Assembly: GCA_951406725.2 (NCBI GenBank)
Contig: OX597816.1
Location: forward strand, 70,928,001 to 70,992,000
Source of the DNA: Octopus vulgaris
Taxonomy: Eukaryota
Reading direction: 5' to 3'
Length of the DNA: 64,000 nucleotides
This document shows, piece after piece, positions 26,538 to 40,562 of this stretch. The notes beneath the pieces are model-generated. The model saw only the letters and a list, made by a program, of their open reading frames with translations. It ran no database searches and was not told where the DNA came from. The translations under genes were made by a program, and so were the position numbers. Positions within the stretch are counted from its first letter, which is position 1; every line of letters begins with the position of its first letter.

Positions 26538-26852
26538 GTGAAGGCGCATGTCTCAGTGGTTAGAGCGTCGTGCTTACGATCGTGAGGTTGTGAGCTCGAA
26601 TCCCGGACCGGGCTGCGTATTGTGTTCTTGAGCAAGACACTTTATTTTACGTTTCTCCCCGCGATGTCACAGGTGCCAACCTGTATCGGCCCCTTTGCCT
26701 TTCCCTTGGATTACACTGGTGGCATGGAGAGGGTAGCCAGTATGCATGGGCGATTGCTGGTCTTCCGCAAGCAACCTTGCCCGGACATGTTCCTGGGAGA
26801 GTAACTTTCTAGGTGCAATCCCATGGTTATTCATGACCGAATGGGGTCTCAG
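26538..26852 (+). mobile_element. tRNA-derived SINE
   Basis: GAAGGCGCATGTCTCAGTGGTTAGAGCG..GAGCTCGAATCCCGGACC head, TGTGTTCTTGAGCAAGACAC core. Confidence 0.75.
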
Positions 26853-26857
26853 ATACA

Positions 26858-26947
<90 letters not shown>

Positions 26948-27031
26948 TGTGTGTGTGTGTGTCTGTGTGTGTGCATGCAAAAACATATATATACATAATC
27001 ACCTGTGTGTGAGTGTATACGCAGGTATGTA

Positions 27032-28325
27032 CGAGGGGCGTTCAATAAGTAATGCCCCTGACCCACTTCCCATAGCAGTAGAGCAACGAAACTTGGCACA
27101 GTTATTAGTTTTGTTCTACATAGGAACCACCCAGAGTTACACATTTCTCCCATCGTTTGATGCAGCTCTGGAAACCGTTTTTGTAGAAGACCCCAGCTTG
27201 GTCCTCCAACCACGACTTGACTTCAGAAATCAAGGCTGCATCATCTGGGAAACGCTTTCCTTTCAAAAACAACTGCCTGGCTGGGAAGAGGTGAAAATCA
27301 GAGGGTGCAAGGTCAGAAGAGTAGGGGGGATGGGGGAGGAGTTCATAGCCGCACGCCTGTGCTTCTGATCTGGCGACACGTGAGTTGTGGACCGGAGCGT
27401 TGTCCTGCAGGAGGAGGATGCCATTGCTGATCTTGCCCCGCCTCTTGATTTTGATAGCTTCTCTTAACTTCCTCAAAAGGAAAGCATAATAGGCTCATGT
27501 AATTGTGGTACCCTTTGCCAGGAAATCTGTCATCACCACTCCGTCCTGGTCCCAGAAGACTGTGAGCATGACCTTGCCAGCAGAGGGCTGCACCCTTGCC
27601 TTCTTTGGAGTAGGTGTGTCACGGTGCTTCCACTGCATTGATTGGGCTTTGGTCTCTGGATCATAGTGATGGAGCCAGGTTTCATCCTCTGAAATCAGTC
27701 TTTTGAAAAATCTTGACCCGTCTTCTTGGCACATCTCCAAATTCATCCTCGAGCACTCAACGCGTTCTTGCTTCTGGAAAGGTGTGGGCAACCTGGGAAT
27801 CCATCTGGCAGACACCTTTTGCATATGCAAATGGTCATGAATGATAGTTTCTACAGACCCGGTACTAATCTTGACCACATGGGTTATTTGGCGAATAGTT
27901 ATGCGTCGATCTTCCAAAATGGCAGCCTCAACTTGACGGACAGATGCCTCATCAATGGCAGAAGGGGAGGCGACCAGATCTGGGAGCTATTTCCATAGAG
28001 TTCCGACCATGTTTGAATTCACGATGCCAGCGTTTTACAAAGTCATATGATGGGGCATCATCACCATAAGTTACTTTCATTTCATCAAAAGTCTCACGTG
28101 GTGTGCGTCCTTTCAAATACAAAATCCGGATGACTGCTCGATACTCAACAGGCTCCATTTCACACTTGACTCAGTTCAAACACGTGTAAATGAGAAACCA
28201 CATTTAGTTCAGAGTTGTAATTTGCCACTTAATCTATATAGATATAAATAATTGCACATGCAAAATTTCAGCTAGATCAAACAACAGCAAGTGGGTCAGG
28301 GGCATTACTTATTGAACGTCCCTCG
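27032..28325 (-). mobile_element. Full-length mariner transposon (DD34D, irritans-like); transposase disrupted
   Basis: ~37-bp TIRs CGAGGGGCGTTCAATAAGTAATGCCCCTGACCCACTT with TA on both sides. Protein pieces MEPVEYRAVI.., WIPRL, DETW, QDNAP and YSSDLAPSDFHLF are split over three ORFs. Confidence 0.95.
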
Positions 28326-28408
28326 TATATACACATATAATATGTGTATGCATTATATACATATACATACATACATACATACATACATACATACATACAT
28401 ACATACAC

Positions 28409-28451
<43 letters not shown>

Positions 28452-28454
<3 letters not shown>

Positions 28455-28645
28455 TCGCCATGGTAGATGGGTAGCCACTGCACACATTTTTTTTCTCTCC
28501 TTGTTTTTGTTCTGTGTCCCTTTCTGTAGAAGAGCGTAGGCTCGAAACGTAAAAGACTTTTTCAATTCCTGAGCGTTTTACTAAAACATCTGTTTGTTTT
28601 GTACACCACCTGTCTTCGTCTTTTGTTTTTTTCGTGAACTCTCCC
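28452..28645 (+). mobile_element. (TA)n-associated short element with variant HHR motif (28520-28555)
   Basis: CTTT CTGTAGA A GAGC gtag GCTC GAAAC GTA AAAG. Copies at 17556-17740 and 36320-36470, partial copy at 34231-34280. Confidence 0.65.
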
Positions 28646-28689
28646 CGCAGCATAATGACTGAAACGAGTAAAGGATAAAATATAAAAGA

Positions 28690-28816
<127 letters not shown>

Positions 28817-28835
28817 CATATCTATGTATATATAT

Positions 28836-29330
<495 letters not shown>

Positions 29331-29965
29331 TGAAATTTCTAAACTAACGATATGAATTATATTTGGAATACAAGATAATATAACGGATTTTACATATGAA
29401 TATTATGGATTATTGCAGAAGGATAACCAAGGAAGTATATATGGATTTAAAGGCTCTCATCAAAAGTAGTAATTTTTAATTTTTAATTTATCTTTCAAAC
29501 AAACACCATTTTATTCTTTTATTTCAAATTACTTCAAATTTTTTTTAGAAACTGTCATTCGATATGTTATACAGAATTTAAATTCTATATCTCTGAAGAG
29601 CAGAAGCGTTGTTTATGAATGCTTATCAATATAAGATTTCATTATAGGGACAACTCTTCTGTGAAACTATCGTGAGATACTTTAAATAATTAATTCAAAG
29701 CTTTTAAACCGTCATATACATTATATATTTATACATATACATATTTACAAATATTTTTATACATATTTATATTTATTTATTTATATATTTTTAATACTAC
29801 AATTATTTTTCACACGTGTATATCTTTCTGAAGAGTTTTGATATTGATTTCCTAAAATCAATAATAATATATTATTAAAAAATATCTATATCTATATATA
29901 TACGTATGTATGTATGTATATATATATATATATACGCGAGAAAAAAGCAACAAGAATGGATAGGT

Positions 29966-30056
29966 TTTTAGTACAATCGTTTCATACAAGGACAGGCTTT
30001 ATTAAAAGTTGCAAAAATTGCAGCATATAAACGTGTCCCGTACTCATCAGCTAAAA
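29966..30056 (-). ncRNA. Type I hammerhead ribozyme motif
   Basis: TTTTAG CTGATGA GTAC-GGGACA...TGTCCT-T-GTAT GAAAC GATT GTA CTAAAA: 6-bp stem I, intact core. Confidence 0.75.
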
Positions 30057-30287
30057 TACATGTGAGTTCTCTAGACATCCTAGTGGTTGAGGCTATACTC
30101 ATGAAGTAATGTAGATAATTAAGTAACATAAACAGATTTCCAAAGTTCATTAAAGTTCTTTAAAGGTGATGTACAGTCTTATCACAGAATTTTAAAAAAG
30201 TTTTAATAGCATCACAGAGAAAGTGTATATATATATGTATGTATATGTATATATATATGTGTATGTATATGTATATATATATGTATG

Positions 30288-30334
<47 letters not shown>

Positions 30335-30989
30335 ATATATATATACACACACATACGTGCACGGGCACCCACATACACACACATATATATATGCACATAA
30401 ATACATGCAGAAATATCAATATATTTTATATATGTACACAAGTATGTGTGTATGTATAGATGTACGAATGTGCACGGGTGTGTGTGTGTATGCACAAGTG
30501 AATGCATGTGTATAAGCAATCTGACTTGTAAATGGAAGGTCTTTGTCTGACTTAATATACCTTTACATATGCGATTAATAATGTGTATACAGGCGCAAGC
30601 TGCAGTAGCTAAGCATATGTCCACGTACAGTTAACATGTATGTGTGACAATGTCGTCAGCATTGAATGTAAGAGCTGTCAAAAGCATAAAGAAAAAGAAC
30701 CAGAATGATCTTTACGTATCATACTCACTGCACTGCAATAATTATATTAAACTACCACTCAATCATGTTGATGTTTCTGCTTCTATTATTCTTATGTGCG
30801 TCATGTCATGTCATAAAGAATATATTATTTCGTAATATATCCACATAAAGCGTACTAACTTAATGTGCACAGACAGAAGAGATACTTAAGTCTTTGTAGG
30901 TGGATTTATTTTATATCGATTCAGATACACTCTCTATGTTCGTGTGCTCGCCAATATCTCTCATTCTCACTCTATCTATCAATCAATCA

Positions 30990-31055
<66 letters not shown>

Positions 31056-31095
31056 ACGTATATATATGTTTACACACACAGGCACACACACACAG

Positions 31096-31136
<41 letters not shown>

Positions 31137-31293
31137 CGTAGTTAATTGTGACTGAGATTACTGGGTGGCAGCTATATTGCTAGAAATAAAAAGTAAAAGC
31201 CTTAGAACTACAAGGAAGCAGATTTTCTTTTCCTGGCGGTTATCTTCCCTGTTATATATAAATAAATAAATAAATAAATAAATAAATATATAA

Positions 31294-31357
<64 letters not shown>

Positions 31358-31492
31358 AAAATCAAAGTGGATGATAGATTTTCGTAGGTCAAGTTCCTTT
31401 AGCATGGGAATGCAAAGTAAATAAAACATTCATCAAGGTGTTAGGTTTCAAGCGCTCCAATATTACAACCCAAAGGAAAGCAGTATTACAAA

Positions 31493-31576
31493 ACCTTGCG
31501 ATCGTTTCGAGGAATGCGTATGAGTTGGACATGTTTTTGAGCCGATACAAATAGTCGCATTTCTCTCATCAGAGGT
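31493..31576 (-). ncRNA. Type I hammerhead motif, U16.1 mutated
   Basis: ACCT CTGATGA GAGAAATGCG...CGCATTCCTC GAAAC GATC GCA AGGT. Confidence 0.6.
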
Positions 31577-31814
31577 ACAAATGAATCGATTAAAATGGTT
31601 TGAAAATTGAGAAAGCTTAGAATATCTCCTACTTACAGAATATGACGTCATATCGAGTAGTTTTATAGTCTTTCAAAAATGTTATAGTATATTTTAAAAT
31701 GTTATAGCATTTTAAAAAAGTTCTCAAGGATACAGCGGGTCACTTGACCATTTTACTACCATCCACAGCGAGCAGTTGACCATTTAACATACTACTGTCA
31801 TGGCACTTTCACAT

Positions 31815-31880
31815 TCTTCTTCTTCTTCTTCTTCTTCTTCTTCTTCTTCTTCTTCTTCTTCTTCTTCTTCTTCTTCTTCT
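31815..31880. repeat. (TTC)n microsatellite
   Basis: Direct reading. Confidence 0.95.
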
Positions 31881-32039
31881 TTCCTACCAAAAATTCACAA
31901 CGACCTCGAACCTACAAGAGTAAACAAGAGAAACAGAGACAGGCAGAAACAAGGAAAATGCCACTTGTATTTGAACACTATGCAAATATTCTTTTAAAAA
32001 AAACTTTTCTTTTAAATTTTCCAAAATTTAATTGTTTTC

Positions 32040-32350
32040 CAGTCCCCGAATCAAAATCAGTGCGTGACCTGGGTATCAACATGAGTAATGATGCACATTA
32101 CCAAATCGGCAATAAAATGCAGACGTCCGGCTGGGTGGATCCTTCAAACTCTCATAACAAGAGGAAAGGAAACATTGATGGTCCTCTGGAGGACGTTCGT
32201 TCTCAGCCGTGTAGATTACTCCTCCTAACTGTGGTCACCAAACTGTAAAATTAACGGCGGAAGTCGAGGCGATCCAGCGAAGCTACACGAGGAAGATCGA
32301 TACAGTGCGACTGAAAGAGTTAAGACTCTACTCCCTGGAGCGAAGGTGGC
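32040..32350 (+). pseudogene. CR1/L2-group LINE RT fragment
   Basis: SVRDLGINMS, WIL..TR..LMVLWRTFVLSRVDYSS.LWSP and LKEL.LYSLERR motifs across frameshifts. Confidence 0.6.
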
Positions 32351-32424
32351 AAACATAATGACTGAAACCGGTACTGAAATGTTTTTTATAAAATTACTTT
32401 AGCATTTTCTATCTTGACTTTTTT

Positions 32425-32482
<58 letters not shown>

Positions 32483-32490
32483 TATAATCA

Positions 32491-32544
<54 letters not shown>

Positions 32545-32757
32545 TATAATCAATAAATGATAACTGATGTTTATCAATTATCAATTTTATCACCATTTTC
32601 TTATAGATAAACTTCGCTTTATTCTTTCCCTCACCTATCATTTATGAGCATTAATACTAATACTCATAATCACGTATAGGTAAGACACCAGTTAATTCAT
32701 TGGCTACAAGTATCCTTTACACAGTTGTTATAACCTCTAATGTAACGCACCTATATA

Positions 32758-34028
32758 CAGGGGTTGGACAAAATCATGAAAACACCTTAAAGTTTCAAAC
32801 AAATTTATTTTAATATGGGGTAGGACTGTCTTCGGCAGTAATTACAGCTTCAATTCTACGAGGTATGGACTCGTACAGAGTTTGAATTATTTCCGAAGGA
32901 ATTTTTGTCCATTCTTCAGCTAAAACAGTCTCCAGTTCTTGTAGTGATGATGGTGAAGAATATAGACTCCTTTACTGGTTTTTCTAAAATGCACCATAAA
33001 TGTTCAATAATATTGAGATCTAGGGACTGTGGTGGCCAGATAAGTTGTTGAACTTCACTAGAATGTTCCTCGTGCCATTCAGTAACATCTTTAGCTGTGT
33101 GAATTGCTGCATTATAATCATGTCATAAAAGATTGAATTTCCCTCTGGAAACAGCTCCACAACCATAGGATGAATTTGATCAGATAAAATGCTTAAATAA
33201 TCCTGACTATTAATTCTGCCATGAAGCGAAACCATTGGGCCGGCGGATTTCCAAGATACAGCCCCCAGATCATCACAGATCCTCCTCCATGTTTAACAGT
33301 TGGCAGTCTGGGTCAAATACTTATTTTGGCTGTCTCCACACATATACTCGGCCGGTGGTCGGAAATAAGGTAAAGGATGACTCGTCTGAGAAAATAACAT
33401 TCTTCCACTGCTCTAGGGACCAATTCTGTAGGGTTTTTTTTTTATTCCACTCTAAACGCTTTGCATTGTTTGTTTTTGAAAGTAGTGGTTTTCTGATTGC
33501 AGCCCTCCTGTGAAATCCGGTTTTGTGAGGCTCCCGGCGAACAGTTTTCTGTACAAACTGGGTTCTTGAGTCGGTCATTAAGCTCTGCAGTAATTTTGGG
33601 AGATGTACTTTTGTGATCCTTTCTAACAATTCGCGTAAGAGTCCGACCGTCCCTATCTGAAAGTTCTGTTTCTCTTCCGGAGTTTCCTCGACGAGGAGGT
33701 TTTCCCACTTTCTGTTAGGCTGTCATTACTTTTGAGATATTACATCTTGGTACACCATATATTTCGGCTGTTTTCGTTACGCTAGCGCCTGCCAGACGAG
33801 CGCCAACAATTTGACCTTTTTGAAACTCTGATAGATCTGTCATTTCAATGAATTTCAATTACCTTTTTCTGATGATATCTGAAAAGAAACAGCAATTTTA
33901 GCAAAACATATTAAGCAACACTAATAATAAATCAAAAACATTAAAATAAACAAGCTTTTGACGGTTTTATAGATATTTCAAAATTATGATGCTATGATGC
34001 ATGGTGTTTCCATAATTTTTTCCAACCC

Positions 34029-34031
<3 letters not shown>
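32758..34031 (-). mobile_element. Full-length Tc1 transposon (DD34E), decayed
   Basis: TIRs CAGGGGTTGGA.AAAAT.ATG.AAACACC with TA flanks. Motifs GRETELSDRD.RTL.R, RKPLLSK, WKNVIFSDESSF and WPPQSLDLNIIEHLW. Confidence 0.9.
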
Positions 34032-34097
<66 letters not shown>

Positions 34098-34110
34098 TGT
34101 ATATATATAT

Positions 34111-34201
<91 letters not shown>

Positions 34202-34665
34202 TGTATGTATGTATGTATGCATGCATATATGTAGCGTAGGCTCGAAACATAAAAGACTTTCTCACCTTCCTCAGCGTTCATCTCTATGGTCCAGCTACTT
34301 TTCAGGGTTACAGTATTTTCCACCATGTGAACCGAATTAGTGGATAAGAGTCAGCCTAACTGGTGTTCTACTGAAATACTATCAGCTATCATAATCCACG
34401 AAATATTGTCTAATCGATCACGCAAATGTAATTTATGTAATTTACATATGTGAAACCCGGAGAGGCGATGCTTTGAGAGAATCACTATCAGTTCATTTAT
34501 ATAAATTCTATATCAAATTTCCCCCGTTTTATAAGGGTAAATATCCAATCTTTCACTGCTGGTCTTACAGCTTTACTACGTTCCAAATTTACTTTCTTGT
34601 GCATATCATATATTAACTTTTTTTTTCAGTGAAAACACACATGCACAGACAAATACAGAGACAGA

Positions 34666-34713
<48 letters not shown>

Positions 34714-35024
34714 TAGAAAGAGAATACACATGTATACATATATACATACATACATATGACTGGACACACACGCACACATACACACACACAAACATATATT
34801 ATGATCTTGGAAAGTAGAAAATCGGAGTATTTCCAGTGATGCACTCAACCCGAGTTCGATGCTATCAATACCCGTGAATTGGAGTCTCAAGAAAGATTCA
34901 AATGCAACTGGTGTTGAAAAAATCCAGGTACCACACCGGTAAATACAATGTGTAGGTCTGGCGAAGAATAAGATATAATCTAAATAAAGAACCAAAGAAA
35001 GAGTTTATCACATCTTTAATGACC

Positions 35025-35147
35025 AGTTACAATTGTTTCTGCACCACTCCGTTGTAACGTTTGTAACGCCGTTGCACGCAAAAGTTCCATGGGGAAAGTT
35101 ACTTAATATTTGCGGTTTTATACTTTAGAGTGTCAATTAATCAGACT
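35025..35147 (-). ncRNA. Degenerate hammerhead motif with long stem II insert
   Basis: AGT CTGATTA ...~100 nt... GAAAC AATT GTA ACT; paralogue of 39006-39122. Confidence 0.45.
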
Positions 35148-35346
35148 TTCGCCAAGAGGTGTGCTCTTACGCTGTGTGACTGTTGTTTATATCGGGAGGA
35201 AACAACAAGTATAAAATCAAAATAGAAATGGTAAAATAGCGGACAAGGTCTAGAAAATATTAATACAATATCAGAATCCAGAAAACCGGACTTATGAGCC
35301 TATGACTTAGGAAGGACCCTTGATCCTTTATTTATACATACTTACA

Positions 35347-35567
35347 TACGAGGGTGCGCTGAAAAGTTCCTAGCATTGGTAAAAGAAAATACAGGAGAAT
35401 TAGTTAATTACGATTTTATTAAACACATTCTCGTCTCAGATTCATACACTTATTGCAACGGTCCTTCAGTTTTTCTAAGCCTTGTAAAAGAAGTCAGAAG
35501 GTTGGGCCTCCAACCAGGCATTTCGAGATACTCTTAAAACCAGAAACTTTTTAGCACCCACCTCGTA
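35347..35567. mobile_element. Mariner-derived MITE
   Basis: TA-CGAGGGTGCGCTGAAAAGTTCC...GAAACTTTTTAGCACCCACCTCG-TA. Reverse-oriented relative at 42911-43115. Confidence 0.7.
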
Positions 35568-35766
35568 GCAAACATCAACACAAGGAATATTGGTAGAACA
35601 TTAGCATCAAAACTTCAACCAAGCGCAAATCTAACAGACCGGATATTGACAAGAAAACATACGTAACGTCATAGAAAGCATCAGCTCTGTTGATGCAAAT
35701 AAATCTTCGAAAATCAAAGCAAAAGAGGATAACTTCGGATAACCGCCTCAAAACTTTCACCTAGAT

Positions 35767-35808
<42 letters not shown>

Positions 35809-36265
35809 TTTTATACCTAGAATAATTGGTACACTTGAGTTTTGTGTACAAACGCTAAAGTCTTTCAGGAAAAGAAATCAACCAGCTAAATGCAATCTGT
35901 AAGCGGACAGTAAAAATACTCGAGACTTTTTCTCAAGTTCAAAATTTTTATTTGTTTTCGTTATCTACGTTCCAACGAAGGCCCTCAGTATCTCTTAGCA
36001 ACTTACAGGAAAACGTCGATATACATGCCAGAACCAACTTCATGGTCCAGAAGTGAAGATCTAGAAACATTAATGATAGCTCGCGTTTAAGTATGAGTTT
36101 GTGTATGTGTCATTCTTAACTGTCTAACCACACATCAGTTTTGGTGAAGCAGATCTGTGTTGAAAAACATTCTATGAGTGATAACCACGTCTGATTTTAT
36201 GTGTATATTAATAGATAGATAGACAGATATATGTGTGTGTGTATTTATGTATATATTCATATATG

Positions 36266-36322
<57 letters not shown>

Positions 36323-36409
36323 GAAATTTATAGAAAAACAAAAGACGAAAACAAGTGTATGAATATCAAGCAAGTGTATCAGTTTGACGTTCGAGGAAAA
36401 TGAAGAAGT

Positions 36410-36445
36410 CTTTTACGTTTCGAGCCTACGCTCTTCAACAGAAAG
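36410..36445 (-). ncRNA. Variant minimal hammerhead motif (CUGUUGA)
   Basis: CTTT CTGTTGA A GAGC gtag GCTC GAAAC GTA AAAG. Confidence 0.5.
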
Positions 36446-36610
36446 GAATAAGAGGAAATAAACAGAGAGAGATAGAGAGAGAGAGAATGAAAAAAATGTC
36501 ATACTAAATGAGAGACAGAAATAACTTTTTTTATTCTCAAATGCGTGATAATGCTAATAAATAGTGTGATCAGGGTAAATTACCCATACATTGCTGAAGA
36601 ATACGTTACC

Positions 36611-36682
36611 TGCCAGCCATGAGACTCGAACTCACATTCCTGTGATAACGCGTCAAGTGCTTTACCATTAAGCTAAACTGTC
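36611..36682 (-). pseudogene. tRNA-like sequence (pseudogene or SINE head)
   Basis: GACAGTT TA GCTT aatggta AAGC..TGA cgcgtta TCA..GTGAG TTCGAGT CTCAT GGCTGGC A. D and T arms are good; acceptor and anticodon stems are mismatched. Confidence 0.55.
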
Positions 36683-37271
36683 CAGCAATGTATTCTTCTG
36701 CAATTTTAGAACTTATAAATTTAGCCTCATAAGACGCTAAATATTTTTAAAGATGGTAGCATGTGATTTTATGGAGTTTTCGACGCTACTATTTCTAGCA
36801 GGCTCCAGTGGTCGCATGAAAAAACTCCTTCATGCCTTATAAATCAAAGGTGCGTACTTTCTAGATGAAGTGACTCCTTTGTTCTGAAACTAAATTACGG
36901 TATTATGAACGTACTTAGCAACTCTGAATGAAAACGTCGGCGCTTTGTTAGATTAGGAAACAATGCACACGCACACACACACGTACACACACACACACAT
37001 ACACACACGCGCGCGCGCGCGCGTACATGCATTTATACATGTATGGTTTTATGTGGTTATATATTTACATACACATATATGTATGCATATATGTATATAT
37101 ATATGTGTGTGTGTGTGTGTGTATGTACATATATGTATGTATATACACGCGCGCATACATACATACAAACATAAGCATAATACATATATATATATATATA
37201 TACATACATAAAAATATTCATACATACATACACACAGGTATTCATACCTACACACACACACACACACACAC

Positions 37272-37358
<87 letters not shown>

Positions 37359-37489
37359 TATACATACATGTTGATTTAACGCAAACTTGAAGATTAAGAC
37401 ATACACATGTAACACACACATAAGCAGTGTGTTCGTCAGTGTGTGTATATATATATACCCATATATACAAGTATGTATTTCCACATGCA

Positions 37490-37528
<39 letters not shown>

Positions 37529-37919
37529 GCACATAATACACACACACACACACTCTTTCACACATACATATAAGCATGTCTAATACGATGTAAGAAATAA
37601 TTTCTGACACTAGTAAAATGCATAAAGCAAGCGGCGGACAGACATGGCTGATTAAGGGGAACCTGCAGAATCGCACAGACTGTCTCTCGTCTAATTAGAA
37701 CATTATTTGTTCAAACGCTGAAACATGAATGTACGCGTGCACACATTTATAGAGGCACGTGTGCATAGATGTAAAAAGAGAAGGGGGGGAGTCCTTAATA
37801 TTCAAATTAGTAGAAACTCTTTCAAGCATTCATTCATTTATTTACTAGATATATATATATATAATTAGCTGATCAGACGAAAGCGACAACGATAAAGACA
37901 ATACTGCAATAATAATAAT

Positions 37920-37975
<56 letters not shown>

Positions 37976-38302
37976 CAACAACAATAATAATAATACCATT
38001 AAAAATAATAATCTTAAAACAAGCGAAAACTATTATAGCTCCAGTCGATTGTGTTTGCATCATTACACTTCAGACACTGACACCAACCGGAAGTGGTTGG
38101 TGGCGCTATATGTCGGATTAACACTAGAGAAGTCATAATACCAATTATCATCCGGCTATTAAAATTAAAATCGTTGTAATGACACTCCTTCGTGTCATTT
38201 TGTATTGAAGCGTGCGATGCATTGGGTTACACTATGTGTGTGTGTGTGTGTGTGTGTGTGAGTATATATTCTTTCATTATTCTTTTACATGCTGGAGCAC
38301 CA

Positions 38303-38373
<71 letters not shown>

Positions 38374-38519
38374 GTGTGTGTGTATAAATGTATCTATTCG
38401 TATGTGAAAATGTGTGTATTTGGGATTCTGTACGTATACGTGTTTATATTTATCTATCTATCCATAGACGGAAAAAGTGGCCAACAGCCGCTACTACTAC
38501 TACTACTCCTACTACTAAC

Positions 38520-38553
<34 letters not shown>

Positions 38554-39005
38554 AAGTACACACATATGCACATAAGCACATAAGCACACACACACACATA
38601 TATACATATATAGATGTAGAGGCGCAATGACCCAGTGGTTAGGACAGCGAACTCGCTGTCGGAGGATTGCGGGCGTTGTGTGTGTTTATTGAGCGAAAAC
38701 ACCTAAAAGCTCCAAGAGGCTCCATTGTCCGGAAATCTTTCGTCACACATCTGTGACCTCTTCAGAGACATTTTTCGTTTTCGTGTGTGCTCTTGCTCCA
38801 CTTACTCCATTCTGTTCTTCTAAGATGTGAATCCGAGACCATGTGGTTGGGAAGCAAGCTTCTTACCATACAGCCACACTTGCGTCCAGCCTCCTATCCA
38901 CACAGCCATGCCTGCACCCAGCTTCTTACCACACAGTCATGCCTATCTATATACATATTGTCAAAATAAGAAGACGAAGAAAGGGCTTAGCACATCTTTA
39001 ACGAA

Positions 39006-39122
39006 AAGTTACAATCGTTTCGATACCACACTGATTTTAACGCCCTTGCACGCAAAAGCTCCTTGTGAAAAGTTACGTAATATTTGCGGTTTTATACATT
39101 ACAGCTGCACTTCATCAGACTC
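39006..39122 (-). ncRNA. Hammerhead motif with long stem II insert
   Basis: GAGT CTGATGA AGTGC...GTATC GAAAC GATT GTA ACTT. Confidence 0.55.
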
Positions 39123-39980
39123 ACAACAAAAGGTGCGCTCTTCCAATGAGCATCTCTCAAACGTTGTGTCATTTATATCAGATTGACTCCCACGGCGCTT
39201 GTTCTGATTCTCTGCGCTCTGAGATCAAATCCCAACGAATTCAACAGTACCTTTTTTTTTATCCTTTCTGTGTTAAAAAGGTATCAGCAAGTGCTGTGGC
39301 TAGACAGGATTGTAAGAGCATCAAATCGGATGCCTTGCGATATTTGTTTCAGCTTGTTGGTTTCTGAGCCGAATTCAGCTAAGGTGTTTAAGAAGCACAT
39401 TCGCCAGATGGAAGTCTAGCGAGGCAACTCCGATATATATTGTTTCTTTTAAAAGCACAGCACGTCCATAAGAGATTTTATTTCTACCGCAAACAACAAC
39501 ATCTCGCCAGTCAACTGTCAATATATGTTAAGTGTGATACAGAGATGATCATTTTAATTCCTTGATACAAAAAGCCAGCATCAAAGAAATAGTGGTGGAT
39601 GGCGTCGAGAGAGGGGTTTCTTCAACCGGAGAGTCATGTGACCTGGTGAATGAATGAATGAATGAATGAATGAATGATGGAATGAATATGGATGCGGATA
39701 CAGCTGTGGGATTAAGAAGTTTATTTTGCATCTACATGGTCTCTGTGCAGTCGCTTGAATGATTAGAAATTACAGCAAAATTTGTTTCAACTTACACCGG
39801 AGATCAAGTATTGAATCCGCAACAATTACATCAGCAATTACATCTTGGAAGAAACGTTTTTCGCTATTTAATAACACACCAAAGTCTGGTAAACTCAATT
39901 TTCATTTATATTTTGGGTTGTCAGAATTTTAGTCGTACTTTTGCGGCCAGGTCAACTAGTGAGAAAGAAGGGGAAGGGAG

Positions 39981-40012
<32 letters not shown>

Positions 40013-40170
40013 ATATAAGCAGTGGAAAGTCGATAAAGAAATTGGCTCGGTTTCAGTCTCAAGCCCAAGTTATTCTATTGGACACCTGGGGTGGGTGGAT
40101 TAAATGAACACTTCTTGTTAAGAACGACAATTACTTAGTCTTCACCCTTTTAGGAAAACAACACTAACTC

Positions 40171-40407
40171 GTTATGTCTGGGGAGAGTCATTTTCTTTTG
40201 GTGCCTTATAATTTAACACACTCGCCGGTAAAATTTCCACTTATTTCTTTTTTATTTTTCGAACGGACAGAATCAAGGTTATTGAAAAGGTTGCGAGACG
40301 CAACGAAAATTATTAGGAAAATAAAAATAAGGAATAAGTGGAAATTTTACCGGTGAGTGTGTTAAATAATAAGGCACAAAAAGAAAATGACTCTCCACAG
40401 ACACAAC
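40171..40407. repeat. Inverted repeat (~90-bp arms, ~55-bp spacer), MITE-like
   Basis: GGAGAGTCATTTTCTTTT..CCGGTAAAATTTCCACTTATT and its reverse complement at 40317-40407. Confidence 0.8.
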
Positions 40408-40521
40408 AGAATATGCTTCAACACACGAACTCATATTAAGAATCTTACAAGCCAAATCCCAAAATGAAAATAACTCGTTAACTTTTTACTAACACTAAAA
40501 TTTAATACGCACACAAAATAT

Positions 40522-40562
<41 letters not shown>

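Noticed and set aside
32362-32375. GAAACCGGTA half-hammerhead
   Set aside because: The upstream half is replaced by a LINE fragment, so it cannot be evaluated.
36611-36682. Functional tRNA gene
   Set aside because: Mismatched acceptor and anticodon stems and no U33; kept only as a pseudogene or SINE head. The SINE heads at 1051, 16310, 18170 and 26538 are likewise not tRNA genes.
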